Positions 28,212 to 43,181 of a DNA stretch of 64,000 nt are shown piece after piece. The translations under genes were made by a program, and so were the position numbers. The stretch comes from Okamejei kenojei (lineage: Eukaryota). The notes below the pieces were generated by a model that searched no databases, had not been told where the DNA came from, and saw only the letters and a list, made by a program, of their open reading frames with translations. Every line of letters begins with the position of its first letter. Position 1 is the first letter of the stretch. Where the stretch lies: positions 34,596,001 to 34,660,000 of the forward strand of contig CM069144.1 of NCBI GenBank assembly GCA_035221665.1, written 5' to 3'.

Positions 28212-29216
28212 CAGGTAGATCTGCTGTAACAAATGTCCAATTCGATATAACAAGATTGATGAATCAGGGAACACCATTTGTATTATGCTGCCCAAATTGA
28301 TTATAACGCGTTTTCAACCGGAATCTAGAAAATCGTTCAAAAGTTATTTTGGAAGTTAACAAGCAGAAATAAAAGCTGTTTTGGGGAAAATACTCTCAGG
28401 AGAAAAAATAGTTTCCATATAACCTCCCTGCAGCAATCAGATACCATTGGCCCTGAAGAACACAGCTGCTAGTTTCACCACAGGAGGACACTGAAATTGA
28501 TAAACAGTTGCTTCAATTGACAAGTGCAATGATACTCTGTTAAGACAAGTCAAGTCAAATTTATTCGTCACATACACATATGAGATGTATAGTGAAATGA
28601 AAAGTAGCAATTCCCGCAGACTTTGCAAAAAACAAACAAACTACAAACAGAATGGAACAAAATCACATATACTTTTACATATTGCATATTGTGGGAGGAA
28701 GAAAAAAGGAAAAGAAAACCTGCAATTTAAAAAAAATAGTAGAATGGTTCAGTAACGTTAGTCCCTGGTGAGGTAGGAGTTTACAGTCCTAATGGCCTCT
28801 GGGAAGAAACTCCTTCTCAACCTCTCCGTTCGCACAGCATGGCAATGGAGGTGTTTGCCTGACCGTAGCAGCTGGAACAGTCCGTTGCAGGGGTGGAAGG
28901 GGTCTCTCATGATCTTATTAAGCAATGTAACATACAGCCTTAGTACTTTTAGCTTGCAGCATCAAAAGATAAATTATATCTAATAATAAAGATCTTTATT
29001 TTTGAAAATCCTGTGAGATAAATAACTTATATAATTAAATTAAAATAAAATTCAAAATAATATTGACATTTAAATAAATTAACTTTTTAGTAAATCTGAA
29101 ACTCTCAAACCCCTAACTTCCCTTTGTTAATTAACACAGTTGTTTTTTATAACGCTATTTTCTATAACGCAGGATTTCTTAGGAATGCGACTCTTGTGTG
29201 ATAGCAGAATGACCTG
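28212..29216. mobile_element. Probable Tigger/pogo-like non-autonomous element interrupted by a Rex/L2-type 3' fragment (~28545-28915)
   Basis: Imperfect inverted ends caggtagatctgctgtaac / gtgatagcagaatgacctg, TA on the left, subterminal tataacgc motifs. Confidence 0.4.
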
Positions 29217-30216
29217 TTTTAAGGCAACCGTCCCTTTGCAAATGTTTGCAATGATTAAAACGTTTCAATGAGTATCCAAACAACCAAATGAAAAGCAGGT
29301 CGGTCAAGGTTCTGGTTATCAGAAAGTTCCTTAAAGTGTTTCTGCACATGTATAGTTCTTTTCCATTTTTAAATGGAAAGTCAGGGTTCCTTTAATGGTC
29401 ATAGAATTTCATACTAATACACCTTGGAAAAATGACAGTGCCAAGTTACAGCGAAGCAGAATGGAATGAAAATGACCATTTGTTCCAGCAACCTATTTCC
29501 CACACGTATCACCTACAACCTGTCATCACAAACTTCAGCTGAAGTAGAACTGCGGGGAAGTTCTCTGATCCACTTGCACTAATCCATCCTCATCACAAAT
29601 TGAGGAAAACTGCATGTCTTAACGATATTGCATTCTGCAATACTTCTTATTTATTTGTTGATTAATTTTACCTTTTCATTATTCCATGATCAAGTATTTG
29701 AAGATCTGTATTTTTGATAAGATTTTTATATATTCTAATTTATCTTCAAAAGTTTGTCATGGTATTAACTAGCCTTTTTTGGGTATTTCCCCTAATTTTG
29801 GACCTCAAGGCTTTTAGATCTTCTAATCTCGTGCATTTAAAAAAGACTGTAGTTGCAAAATTGATGGCTTTTATATTGTGTAAAGTTTTATCTAAACTGG
29901 TTACAACACTACCTAGCTTTTCCTTATTGTCAAACATTAAACACATGACTGTATCCTATTATCTGAATCATTTATGGAAGCGAGCAGTTGCAACTAAAAC
30001 TCATCCTTGCAAGGCACCATTGTTTTTATTCATGCATTTGCATCAATTTGAACAGATTACCGGTTTCAACTTCGCCATATCCACAACAAACTTGTTTTAT
30101 CAATGAAACTTTTCTCATCTTTGTGATTGGTCAACAACACTTCACTATTGGTGATCTTTCCCCAATTTCACAATGGAAGGGAGTGTTTTTTGTTAGTGTC
30201 ATTTTATAACTCTGAC

Positions 30217-30577
30217 GGTGGTAGCATATTCGTGATTCCTATTGCTCGATATGCCTTGGGCTGGATTTGGGTTTGGGCAATCTTAAAAATACCTACTTTC
30301 ATCCATTCCAAAATAAGAGGCTATTGTGTGCTTTGGCTGTCTTTTGAAGTATGTAATCTTGCTTTTACTTGTCCACATTGACAAACTGTACCTAATTATT
30401 TTCACTGTAAGGCAGTGCTCATGTCTGTAACAGTTCAACTTGGGTTTCCTTAATAAATTACATGTGATGGAACTATTCTCAATTAATTTATGCAAGCCAC
30501 GAAATAGACACGTTCACCCAAACCCAAATCCAGCCCAAGGCACATCGAGCAATAGGAATCACGAATATGCTACCACC
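30217..30577. mobile_element. MITE-like element with 61-bp near-perfect inverted repeats
   Basis: 30217-30277 is the reverse complement of 30517-30577 with 1 mismatch. Confidence 0.75.
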
Positions 30578-31469
30578 CTGTGGAATTCAAGGGTTCACTG
30601 CTCTTGGTCCCAGCTGGAGATTTTCCCATTTACTTTTAAGTTATGAAAGATGCTTTAAATATGTCTTTCACTACCATTCCTTTTCGTTTGTTCCACAAAG
30701 GATATATTTGTAGTTTAATTCTTGTTTATGATTACTGCACATTGTAGATAAAAAATAATAGAACTCATTGCTGCACAGTGGCACAGTAGGTAAATGCACC
30801 ACCAGTTATACGGAGACACAGGAAATTGGAGATGCTGTCATCTTGCGCAAAGCACTAATTGCTGGAGGAGCTCAGCAGGTCAGGCAGCATCAGTGGAGGG
30901 AATGGACAGACAATGTTTCCTGATACTTCTTCAGATGAGTACCGATCTGAAATGCCATCTGTCCATTCCCTCCAGATATGCTGAGCTCCTTCAGCGCTTT
31001 GTATTTTAAGCTACCAGGTATCATTCAAACAGTATTCTATAGATTTTAAGTGTTTGAGCATGTCCTTTCTCGTTAGCCTTATCTCTCTTAATTCACTAAT
31101 GCACTAAACATTGCGTCTGAAATCCTTCCTTGTACACAGATGATTTAATTAAAGATTCAGTCTAAGAAGGTGTGTGGGGATAAAGTAGAATAATTACCTT
31201 AAGTTTTACAAAAGGAAAAACAATTGAATGCTAGAAATATGAAATGTAAATGTTAGAAATGCTGATCAACTGAATTTGCTGGAAAGCTGTTGAGTCTGCA
31301 AGGCTGTTACCAGTCCGAACACGCGATTGACCATCACTGACTGCTTATTTAATGTATATTTAATTTCTATTTCTAAACTTTCTCTTCCTGTTTTTTTAAA
31401 TTAATGTTCCAACTGCTGCTCCCTGTGGTACGGTTCTAAGGTCCTCATGCAATCAACATGGGTGCAGAC

Positions 31470-31760
31470 TTGGACAATGGACAATAGATGCAGGAGTAGG
31501 CCATTCGGCCCTTCGAGCCAGAACCACCATTCAATGTGATCATGGCTGATCATCTCCAATCAGTACCCCATTCTTGCCTTCTCCCCATATCCCCATATCC
31601 CCTGACTCCGCTATCTTTAAGAGCCGTATCTAGCTCTCTCTTGAAAGTATCCAGAGAACCGGCCTCCACTGCCCTCTGAGGCAGAGAATTCCACACTCAC
31701 AACTCTCTGTGAGAAAAAGTGTTTCCTTGTCTCTGTTCTAAATGGCTTGCCCCTTATTCT
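31470..31760 (-). mobile_element. CR1 LINE 3' end fragment
   Basis: Same family as 21277-21515. Confidence 0.8.
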
Positions 31761-32514
31761 TGCTTCTACTGGGTTACCAGGCTATACTCAGTACCGAGAT
31801 TTTTAAAGAAAATTCAATAATTCGCAGAATATATTTTTCTATTTGTTTTCAATATACTTTTGTTTTTGATACATTTTCTCTGCTGATCCAATGATGTATA
31901 CCAAATAAATTGTAGATCAAAAATATTGGAGAAAACAACCTTTCTTAACATTGTGGCAACTTTGGAACTTTGACTTGTATCCTTCAGCTTTTATTGTCTC
32001 TCCGTGTTGTTCGTATTAAAATGTGACATTTTGCACTCTTTTCCGTTAAATTATATCTGCCTCACACTCACCCACTCCAGCAGTTTGCTTATCTGACTTT
32101 TTTTTTATTCTCCACACTCTTTATTTCCAAGTTCCACATCATCTGCTCATTTTGAAGCTATTCTGCATATATTCTGCATATAAAAGTGGTGGTCCACGGG
32201 AAGACCATTGTATCTTCATCAGGTTTGACAAATGATTGTTGAACCATAACTCTGTTTCTTACCACTTACTGTTATATTCCTGCTGGCACTGCACCTTATA
32301 TTTCAGGATATTCAGTTTTGCTGACAGGTCTATTGCATGGTACACTAGCAAATCTTTCTTGGAAGACCAAATGTACATTATCTAGATTAGCTTCATCAAT
32401 CCTTTCTGCTTCTTAACACACAAAAATAAGGTCTGTAGTTGATGGGTTTATCCTTAAATTCTTTTTGCATAAAGATATATTTTCAATGTCTCAACTTTTT
32501 CTCCAGTACCCCTA

Positions 32515-33759
32515 CAGTGCCCTCCATAATGTTTGGGACTGACCTATCATTTATTTATTTGCCTCCACAATTTGACATTTGTAATAGAAAAAAATATATG
32601 TGGTCTTATATGTGGTGCACGTTGTCAGATTTTATTAAATGCCATTTTTATACATTTTGGTTTTCACCATGTAGAAATTATACCCGTGTTTATACATAGT
32701 TCCCCCCCCCCCCCCCATTTCAGGGCACTGTAATGTTTGGGACACATGGCTTCACATGCGTTTGTAATTGCTCAGGTGTGTTTAATTGCCTCCTTAATGC
32801 AGGCATAAGAGAGCTGTCAGCACCTAATCTTAGCTCCAGTCTTTCCATGACCTTTGGAAACTTTTGTTGCTGTTTATCAACATGAGGACCAAAGTTATGC
32901 CAATGAAGTCAAAGAAGCTATTATGATACTGAGAAACTGTTTGAGACATCATACAAATCTAAGACTTGCCAAAATCAACTGTTTGGAACATCATTAAGAA
33001 GAAAGAGTGCACTGGTGAGCTTACTATTTGCAAAGGGACTGGCAGGCCAAGGAAGACCTTCACAGATGTCAGAAGAATTCTCTCTATAATAAAGAAAAAT
33101 CCCCAAACACGTGTCCAAAAGATCAGAAACCCTCTTCAAGAGTCAGGTGTGGATTTGTCAATGATCACTGTCCGCAGAAGACTTCATGAACAGAAATACC
33201 GCGGCTACGCTGCAAGATGCAAACCACTGGTTAGATGGAAAAATAGGATGGCCAGGTTACAATTTGCCAAGAAGTACGTAAAAAGAGCAACCACACTTCT
33301 GGAAAAAGGTCTTGTGGACAGATGAGATGAAGATTAACATATCAGAGTGATGGCAAGAGCAAAGTATGGAGGAGGGAAGAAACTGCCCAAGATCCAAAGC
33401 ATACCACATAATCTGTGAAACATGGTGGTGGGGGTGTTATGGCATGGGAATGTATGGCTGCTGAAGGTACTGGCTCACTTATCTTCATTGATGATATAGC
33501 TGCTGATGGTAGTAACATAATGAATTCTGAAGTGTATAGACACATCCTATCTGCTCAAGTTCAAACAAATGCCACAAAACTCATTGGCTGGCAGTTCATT
33601 CTACAAGAAGACAATGATCCCAAACATACTGCTAAAGCAACAAAGGAGTTTTTCAAAGCTAAAAAATTGTCAATTTTTGGGTGGCCATCAATCACCCAAT
33701 TTGAACCCAATTGAGCATACCTTTTATATGCTGAAGAAAAAACTGAATTGGACTATCGC

Positions 33760-33806
<47 letters not shown>

Positions 33807-34191
33807 ATACAAGCATAAGCTAAAGATGGCAGTAATATAGGCCTAGCAGAGCATTACCAGAGAAGACACCCAGCAACTGGTGATGTCCATGAATCACAGA
33901 CTTGCACGCAAAGGATATGCAACTGAATACTAAACATGACTACTTTCATTTACATTACATTGCTGTGTCCCAAACGTTATGGTGCCCTGAAATGGAGGGG
34001 ACCATGTGTCAACACTGCTGTAATTTCTACATGGTGAAACCAAAATGTGTAAAAATGGCCTTTATTAAAATCTGACAATGTGCACTTTAACCACATTTGA
34101 TTTTTTTTTCTATTACAAATCCCAAAGTGTGGAGTGCAGAGGCAAATAAATAAATGATGTTTCTTTGTCCCAAACATTATAGAGGGCACTG
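32515..34191 (+). mobile_element. Near full-length Tc1 transposon with long inverted termini and a frameshifted DDE transposase
   Basis: TA|cagtgccctccataatgtttgggac...caaacattatagagggcactg; fragments GTGRPRKT, VKHGGGGVMAW, LQEDNDPKHT, SPNLNPIEH; poly-C expansion at ~33761-33804. Confidence 0.95.
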
Positions 34192-35729
34192 TTTGTATTT
34201 TCCACTTTGCTAACGATGCATTCCATTCAGACCTGATGACATCCACAATCTTTTCTTGTATCGGTCTTTTTCAAATGTTATCCAAAAATGACAATTTCCA
34301 CTTACTGTGACTTTGGAAGCTGTATCTCCATTGGCTACTGGAGATGCCAAGTACTCAGTTAGTACCTGTGCCATGATCTGTACCTCCATATGCACATCAG
34401 GTTATAGGTCCTTACCAGGCCCATTCCTGCCCGTGCATTTACTATTACTTTGTGTGTGTGTGACATATATATATAATTCATTTTGAAATGTATTGCCATT
34501 AGAGTATTATTACCCTGATCTATATTATCAAAGTTCTTGCACCAGTCTACTTCCTGGAGATTTGGCCCTCTAAACCTTTCCCTGTAGTTGATGGTATGTC
34601 AACAGTATTCATTGAATATGGAAGCTGGAGAAGTGGAATGTGAGGACTGCCAAAGATCTTTCCCACCTGTGGATGGGAGAAGAGGTGGTGAGCAGAACTG
34701 TGTAAGTGGTTCAGATGCAATAAAAGACCCCTATCAAATGTAATGGAGAGGATGCCATGGGTAAAAAAATAAAAAATAAAATCTCAAGTGCACTGGTGTG
34801 GGAAATCTGACCAAAACAAGTAGGGAAGCTGACTGGGTGGAGGTGTGATCAAAATAGCTGTGGGAGTCTTGATTTATAATGCAGATTAGTTACTAACCTA
34901 CCCCTTGAGATGGCAAAAAAAGGTGTAGAAAAAGGGAAGAATCAGAGATATGAGAAATGCCCCCTGGTAATATTCTCTGTGCGTTATAAGTGCCCAGTTT
35001 GTCTGTGTATAACTGACATCTTTTGGTCCGTTTCAAGTAATGACATCAGACAAAAATGTTTTTAAACTGCATTTCGTCACAGCAAATATCACATTAAAAT
35101 GTCATCTCAACTTGCTTTCAATATATGTTAAAAGTAAATCCACCTTGACTTTCAATATCATTTGTTTTAAAAAAAAATATTAAAACTTTAAAATCTACAT
35201 CAGCTGTTCCCATAGAGAGATCAATTAATCATTATCTTGGAACTGTTCCTCAATTCTACAAAGCCTAACTTAATTTTCCCTTAGTAGTCTTGTCTCGTGG
35301 ATTAAATTACAGTTTTATTAATGTAAAGCCCAGCCAAATCAATGAGCCTTGTTTTTGTTGACATCTACTTGCAAAGGACTGCTTACACCATGGGCTAAGC
35401 AATGGGGCAATATAGTGGCTTTTAAAATTGCAATGCGACCCCTGCATATGACTAATTGCCTTCTATTGGTGCACCATTAATGGTTGCCCTTCCAGCTGCA
35501 ACATTAACCACAAATACCTACCATGCATTTTTTCCTTGCTTTCTAATTCCTCCATTTCTATTCAATACGTTTTTCTCTGCCACAAAAGGGTAAAAGTGCT
35601 GCATGCTGTTAATTAAATGATTTATTCGCTCTAAATTAGGAGTAAAGATAGTGAAAATGTTTAACGAATTTGTGTTCTCAACAACAGTTGTAAATGTTGC
35701 ACAGCAGTTTACACTTTTCTGGTAGTGAA

Positions 35730-36090
35730 TTGGATTGTTTTGAAATCAGGAAGTTCTGGGTCCAAGTCCTTCCACTGGAATTTAATCAAGGCAGGTTCTC
35801 CAGTGCAGTACTGAGATAATATTCTTCTGTTGGGGATGCCATCTTTCAGATGAGTTGTTATACCCAAGACTCTGCGCTCAAATGGATATTAAAAGTTCTT
35901 TACTCAAAGAAAAACAGGGGAGATAATTCTGACCAATGTTTCTACCTCAATAACTTCCCTAAAGCTGATTGACACTTCGCTGAATGTGGGGAATGGCTGG
36001 AGAGGGGTGTGGTGTGCAAATTGGTTCATGCAGTTTCTCCATTCAAAAGTAATGTATTGATTATAGGATCATGAAAGATGCTGTCAAATT
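35730..36090 (+). mobile_element. Ancient Deu-domain SINE remnant (SacSINE1/AmnSINE-like)
   Basis: ccagtgcagtactgag...gatgccatctttcagatgag core resembles the Deu domain. Confidence 0.5.
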
Positions 36091-37336
36091 TAAGTTGTTT
36101 AATTTTGGTAAATTGAATGTCAAAATGATTTTGGTAGTGGTTGGTAGTATAAATTCAGAGGAAAATTATAGTGCCTTTCAAGGTGGTGAGAAATGCACAA
36201 CACTCTAGTTGCCACTAGTTGTAGAGCATCAAGTGCAGATGAACACTAGGTATCAAGTGGTCTGGGTACGGATGACCGCAGATGGAAACTGGAAAAGTTG
36301 GATAGCATGGAATGAAATCATGGAAATCGTCTGAAACTGCAATGACAAATGATGTGATTACATGTCAATACTTCAATTCTGCAGGAGTTGGAGCTTTGTA
36401 GATGCTGGAGCTTGGGTGGCCAGGGAGGATGGTGTTGGAAACGCTAAAGGCGGCTTGGAAGCCCTTGATTTATAGAAATCAAAGAATGCAGGTCATGGTA
36501 GGAATTAGGACACCAGTATTTTGCATGTTTGAACATAATCAAATGTCGAATTCCTGGTGTGAGTAGATCAGTTAGTGCTGTTGCTATTATTTAGTTAGTA
36601 AAAGTATTAATTGCTTTACAGTGTTTGAAAAGTACAGTAAAATCAAATGGAGGCAATGGTGAAAGCAGAAAACTAACACTATTTTGTCAGAGGTTGTGCT
36701 CCGCTCGCAGATTCTCTGGTTTGGAGTCGACTAAGCAAGTACCTCAAACATGAAATGAGATTTGTAAATTATTTGTTCCTAAATCTAGTATGAGCAAACT
36801 GATTTTTCACAATAGACCATTCATTCTGTTTAAATGGAGCATCTGCGTTACTTCTTGTGCCTCTAACTTTAAGTAACTGCCGGATGGATGAGTCAGGACC
36901 TCTTTCCGACTGATTTCTAAGTTAATTTTTAGTGAATAATTCCGTTACCTACGTAACGAAGAGTTCAGTGAACTTGGTTAGATTTTGTGGAATGGTTATA
37001 TGTTGGTGTAAGATAGGGTCAACGTTTTTCAGAACCAAGTTATCGCATGTTGCTTTGCTGTAAACCTTTATCTACATTGCTGAGAGGAAGTGTATTTGCT
37101 TACTGAGCTGAGTAGGACGATGGACTACATATTGTGCATTAGTTGAGTGCATTGTTAATATAACGGGGCTGTCTGCTGCTGGGGTTAAAGTAGTTTGCTC
37201 ACGTGCAAAGGATGAGTTGTTTTGGGGTGAACACGTGAATTGCTAAGAATTGGTTGATTTCTGTCCATGCAGATTTTATGAGTGAGTTCAAAATGCAATT
37301 TAATGAGAAGATTATGGAATAGTTTATTCTGAATAA

Positions 37337-37492
<156 letters not shown>

Positions 37493-38937
37493 TAAGTTAT
37501 GATGGTTTCAATGTGGACAATATTTACAGTATTTGTGCACCCTCGACTACTTAAACTGATGGGATTAATTTACTTAAACTAACACAGAGAAAGTAATTTC
37601 ACTTGACAGTAATGTCAAATCTTAATTTCATGGAGTCTGAGCTAGACAAAATAAAATAAAGACAAAAGAAAGTAACTATTCTGTGCAATGGATTCTGCAC
37701 TGCCAAGCTGTGACCTATTATGGTCAGAGGCCAAAGCACTTCTTGTTGATTAGTTTTAATGGGTGGGCCAGAGTTGCTGTAATCCTCATTTGAAAGGGAA
37801 AGTTTCAAATCAGTCATGATCAGTCTAAGCGCAAAAGGAGCTCATGAATACCTGTAATCACAAACTGCTGCCAAGATATAGTCACTCAAGCATTTTGTAT
37901 CTCTTCCCTGGGGAGCAAGGATACAAAGTATTCTAAATTAGCAACATCCACTACTAAATTGTGTTCTTTAAGATGGTAATGATTGCTAAAGTAACTTGGA
38001 TATTAATAGGGAGCAAGATATGATGCCTCAAGAGACTGCAGATGCAGCAGCAAAAGCGAGCTGGTGGAGAAACTCAGGTAGCATGGAGGGAAGTGGGCGG
38101 ATGACGTTTTGTGTCATCTGGGCAGTTCTGTTCCCCTTGCAGATTTTTTTTTTGTTGCAATATACGGTGCCTGATGTGTTGTTGGGTCCAGCATTTTATA
38201 TAATAAATAATATACATAATATTGTCTATGAGCAAAAAGAAAGTGCAGGGGGAAGTTAGGTTGCATCTGTGGAGGGAAATGGACAGATGACATTTCAGGT
38301 CAGGACTCTTCTCCAATAGAAGAAATGTCATGTATTTTCCCTTTGCATATGTTGCTTGACCCGCTGAGTTCCTCTAGCAGTTTGTTTTTTTGCTCAAGAT
38401 TTCAACGTCTGCTATCTCTTAGGTTCCTATTTTACTTACATATGGCTGCAGGTAAAAGGACAAAATGACTGGCGAAGTCAACCATATCTTTTCAAACGTT
38501 GAACTTAGTGCAGCGCACTATATTTTCTAAATAGGGTCTAACAAAATTTACAGGGATTAATTTTAAATAATGTTGTAGTTTTGAGCACAGTTTAAAGGAC
38601 ATCAGACGTGACAATATTCCTCAGCATGATAACCTTATAGGGGGAGAGTTGAGATGGTGGCATATGTAAAAAAAAATGAGAGAGGAGATTTAATAGTACT
38701 TTGTTTAAATTTTGGAATTCCATAAAGTGGGAAAGTATTCTTTCTTGAGGTTGCAGAAAGCAACGTAAAAATATCAGGCATTGCGAAAAGACATTAGGCA
38801 AAATTTCTGGATGTTGAAGTGTAGAATGCTTTTATTGACAGCGTCAATTTGGTTGGGGCAAAGTAATCATATTCAACAATTAGACATGTGTTAGAAGCAA
38901 GGAAGTTTGTAAGCAGGACAATGAGATTATTTTATGA

Positions 38938-39150
<213 letters not shown>

Positions 39151-39943
39151 TAGTCATTGCCATTTCCAAGATCTCAGGACAGTATGCACATATCCGTGGC
39201 CTGCAGTCAGGCAAAAATCCTAAAATCTCAATCTAGAATTCTGTCAGTTCTCAAGGATGCAACAAGCATTTTGTTGCATTTGTCCAGATCCATGTACATC
39301 TGAACAAAGTCAAATGTCCTTCCAAGACAATTTAGATTAGATAATTATGCACACCATTCTGCTTTTTAAGAAAGATGAGAGGAAATCAATGTATTGAAAA
39401 TCACAGTTTAATCTTAAATATTCTCTTGTGAAATTACCAGTTGATGAGAGAGCCCAAGCATGGTATTTCAAAGAACAAATTGTGTCTATTAAAACTTAGC
39501 CACGGCTTTATTTTGAAGGGGGCATCGTCCAGGTGAATGAACACAGTCTTTTTAAGAGGAGAGGGAAGTCTAAACGTAAAATGTTTCTTCCCCCCTCCCC
39601 CACCACCACCACCACCACCAGTTTGTCCATCCCTATTACTAAGCTTTACTCCTCACCCCTGTATGTACACTGCATTCAGAAACAAACAGACTAATTCCAA
39701 AAATTAGTAAGAAGGTTATGGATATTGTTCCAGTATCTGTGCAGATGTAACTTTCCTCTTTGTACTTTTTCTCGATACTTGGAAGCTGTGCTCAAGACTG
39801 TGGCAAATATAGGAAAAATCTCCAGGGCACTGGAACCAATGCTGAGGCACCCATGGAATTAATAAATCCCTGAAAGCTCCTTTCCATTGTCAGAAAGCCT
39901 GTGAATTTCCCATGATAATCTGTTAATACTTAATGGTGATGAC

Positions 39944-41988
39944 GAGAGCTAGGATTTTGCCATAAATGCCATGTACCTTTTCATGCCTTTTTTGATGATT
40001 TCACCAGGTTAATGCCCTTTTCACGATTGAGTGCCTAAATCAGCCTTTTTTTTGCTGCTTTGCTAAAAGGTCGTGCTATTTTCTCTAGTTGTACTGTGAT
40101 TACAATGATGTTTTCTATGTTAACATGCTAATATTAATAGGTTATTATTAACATGTTAACATAGTATAACTTACAAGAAGATTTCCACCACCGGAGCAAA
40201 ACCGGGGGCGCCACCGTCGGTCGTTCAATCGATCGTGCCGCTGCCCGCTGGTTCAGCCTTCTCCAAAATCTATTTAAGAAAGAACTGCAGATGCTTGAAA
40301 AATCGAAGGTAGACAAAAAATGCTGGAGAAACTCAGCGGGTGAGGCAGCATCTATGGAGAGAAGGAATAGTCGACGTTTTCGGTCGAGACCCTTCTTCAG
40401 ACTGATGTGGGGGGGGCAGGAAAAAGAAAGAAAGAGGCTGAGACAGTAGGACTAGAAGGAGAGCCGGGAAGGGTGAGGGGGAGGAGGGAGAAGACAAGGG
40501 CTATCTAAAATTAGATAAGTCAATGTTGGGGTGTAGATTACCCAAGCAAAATACCCAAGCTTGTCTCCTCACTACATTTACTGCTGGCTCCAGTCACAAA
40601 TCTGAGTTTTCGAGTGATCTGTGCAAGGCATTCATTGATGCTGGAATTCCACTGTGGAAATTGGAAAACAAATCTCTCAGAGGTTTTTTAGAGAAATACA
40701 CGGAGGAATATATACCGAGCGAGTCATCATTACGGAAAAATGATGTTGACAGCAACTTCAACATTGTTGTGCAGAAAATTAGAGATGAAGTTGCACGCAA
40801 CAAAATATGGATCGATAGATGAGACAACCAATGCTATGGGGAGATATATTGCCAATGTGGTCATCAGTACACTGGAGGCAGGTCAACCATCAAAGGAGTA
40901 TTTGTTGACATCGGAAGTATTGGAGAAGTCAAACCGCTCCACTATTGCTCACTTGTTTACATCCAGTTGTTTTGGCCAGAAGGTATAAAACACGAGAATG
41001 TTCTTCTCTTTGTGACTGATACAGCTGCCTATATGAAAAAAGCTGCTCATGCTCTTAAAGTTTTATTCCCCAAAATGTTGCATTTGACATGCTTAGCGCA
41101 AGGACTTCATAGAATTGCCAAGCACATATGTAGCTTGTTTCCAAATGTCGATCGCCTAGTTTCCAATGTCAAGAAAATCTTCCTCAAAGCATCGTCACGT
41201 GTGCAGTTGTTCAAGGAAATGGCACCAGAGATTCCGCTACCTCCTCAGCCCATTTTGACTAGATGGGGTACATGGCTTTCTGCTTTACTCTACTATGCTA
41301 CAAATTTTGAAAAGGTTAAAAATAAATAGTCAACTATTTTGAAGAAGAAGAATCTGCTGCAGTCAGGATCGTCGGTGAAATCATGCAGTCCCTCCACCGC
41401 AATCTTGTGTTTACTGCTTCCAATTTTGCAAACTTCCCACAAACTATCACTTCCCTTGGGAAACGTAGCGAAACATTAGTGAATAACTTGCAGGTTTTCA
41501 ACAAAGTAACTGACAATATCCGTAAAATTCCTGGCGATGTAGGTAAAGATATACAAGGAAAATGTGAGAGAGTGATTTTAGCTCACAAAGATCTTGAAGA
41601 AATACAAAACATAGCTGAAGTTCACAAAGGTAGTTGTAACACAAGATATCGACATGAATATAGAGCTGGTAGCTTGTTTCGGGTATGCGCCAGTGATTTC
41701 AGCTGAGGTAGAAATACGTTTTTCACAACTGAAGCATATTCTGTCTGACAGATGGCATAGTTTAACACCAGATTCTTTGAAAAAAATGCTAGTAATTATG
41801 TGCAACCAAGCAACTTTGGTAATTTAATGTAGAATATCTTCATATTATCATTTTTAACCATATTTTGGTGGTGGAAATACATACCTTTTTCTGCCTTTTT
41901 TTGTCAATAAACGCCTTTTTTGTAATTTTATTATGCCTTTTTGCCTGCCTATTTCAGAGTTTTTTAGCCCCTAATCATCCTGGCTCTA
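39944..41988 (+). mobile_element. hAT transposon with a CGGBP1-related transposase pseudogene
   Basis: 8-bp TSD gtgatgac (39936-39943, 41989-41996); imperfect 12-bp TIRs gagagctaggat / atcctggctcta; frameshifted transposase at ~40550-41810 (IPLWKLEN, DETT, VTD, HLTCLAQGLH, LTRWGTW). Confidence 0.85.
40275..40552 (-). mobile_element. Penelope 3' fragment nested in the hAT element, with a hammerhead-like motif at 40370-40404
   Basis: Same family as 51782-52191. Confidence 0.7.
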
Positions 41989-42539
41989 GTGATGACTAAT
42001 ACCCGATTAGACCATTGTATTAAACTTAATACATTTACTTGTAAAACAAAGTTTTGCAGTTTCTGAAAATCTGAAATAAAACAGAAACTTGAGCTGCACC
42101 ATTTCAGACAATAATTTAAAAACAAAAGACAGTTTGTTGTTGATGTGGAACCCCAATTGAATAAGTATGACCTATTTAGCCACCCATAGGTGGCTAATGT
42201 GTAGAACTGAAGATGCTGGTTTAAATCGAAGGAAGACACAAAATGCTGGAGTAACTAAGCAGGACAGGCAGCATCTCAGGAGAGAAGGAATGGGTGATGC
42301 TGCCTGTCCCACTGAGTTACTCCAGCATTTTGTGCCTGCCATAGGTGGCTAATGTTGTACTGTCATTTAAGAAGGGCAGCAATGACAAGTCAGGGAACTA
42401 CAGACTTGTGAGGTTGCTGTCAATGGTGGGAAAGTTATTGGAGGGAATTCTTAAGCGCAGATTAATTAGGAATAGTCAGCACAAATTTTGCTTAGAAAAT
42501 GTTTACAGTACAGTCAAACTTAGATATATTACAAAGTGA

Positions 42540-42665
<126 letters not shown>

Positions 42666-43016
42666 TGAGTAAAATACCATCTGATTGTTTTTGTCCTTCT
42701 GACTTTATGGACATGAAAGGTTTGGAGAATAAAGGCTAATCATGGGCAAACAACTATCAAACCTGGTCAGCATAGACAAGTTTTGCCAAAAGGGCTTGTT
42801 TCCATGCTGTTTGACTGACTTGTTTGATGAAATAACAGGCCCATGTATAATTTTTCCAGTCTGCATCCGAATATGTTGTAGTCATTTTCTCGTCAACCTG
42901 TGAGAAGATAAAATCTAATCTTACAGTCAACGTCTTTTCAGTTCGTGTTTTGTGCAAGGCTTATTGAAGACCTTTTTTTAATGCTGATCTGGTTTATGTT
43001 CTACCATTGTATTTGA

Positions 43017-43181
<165 letters not shown>

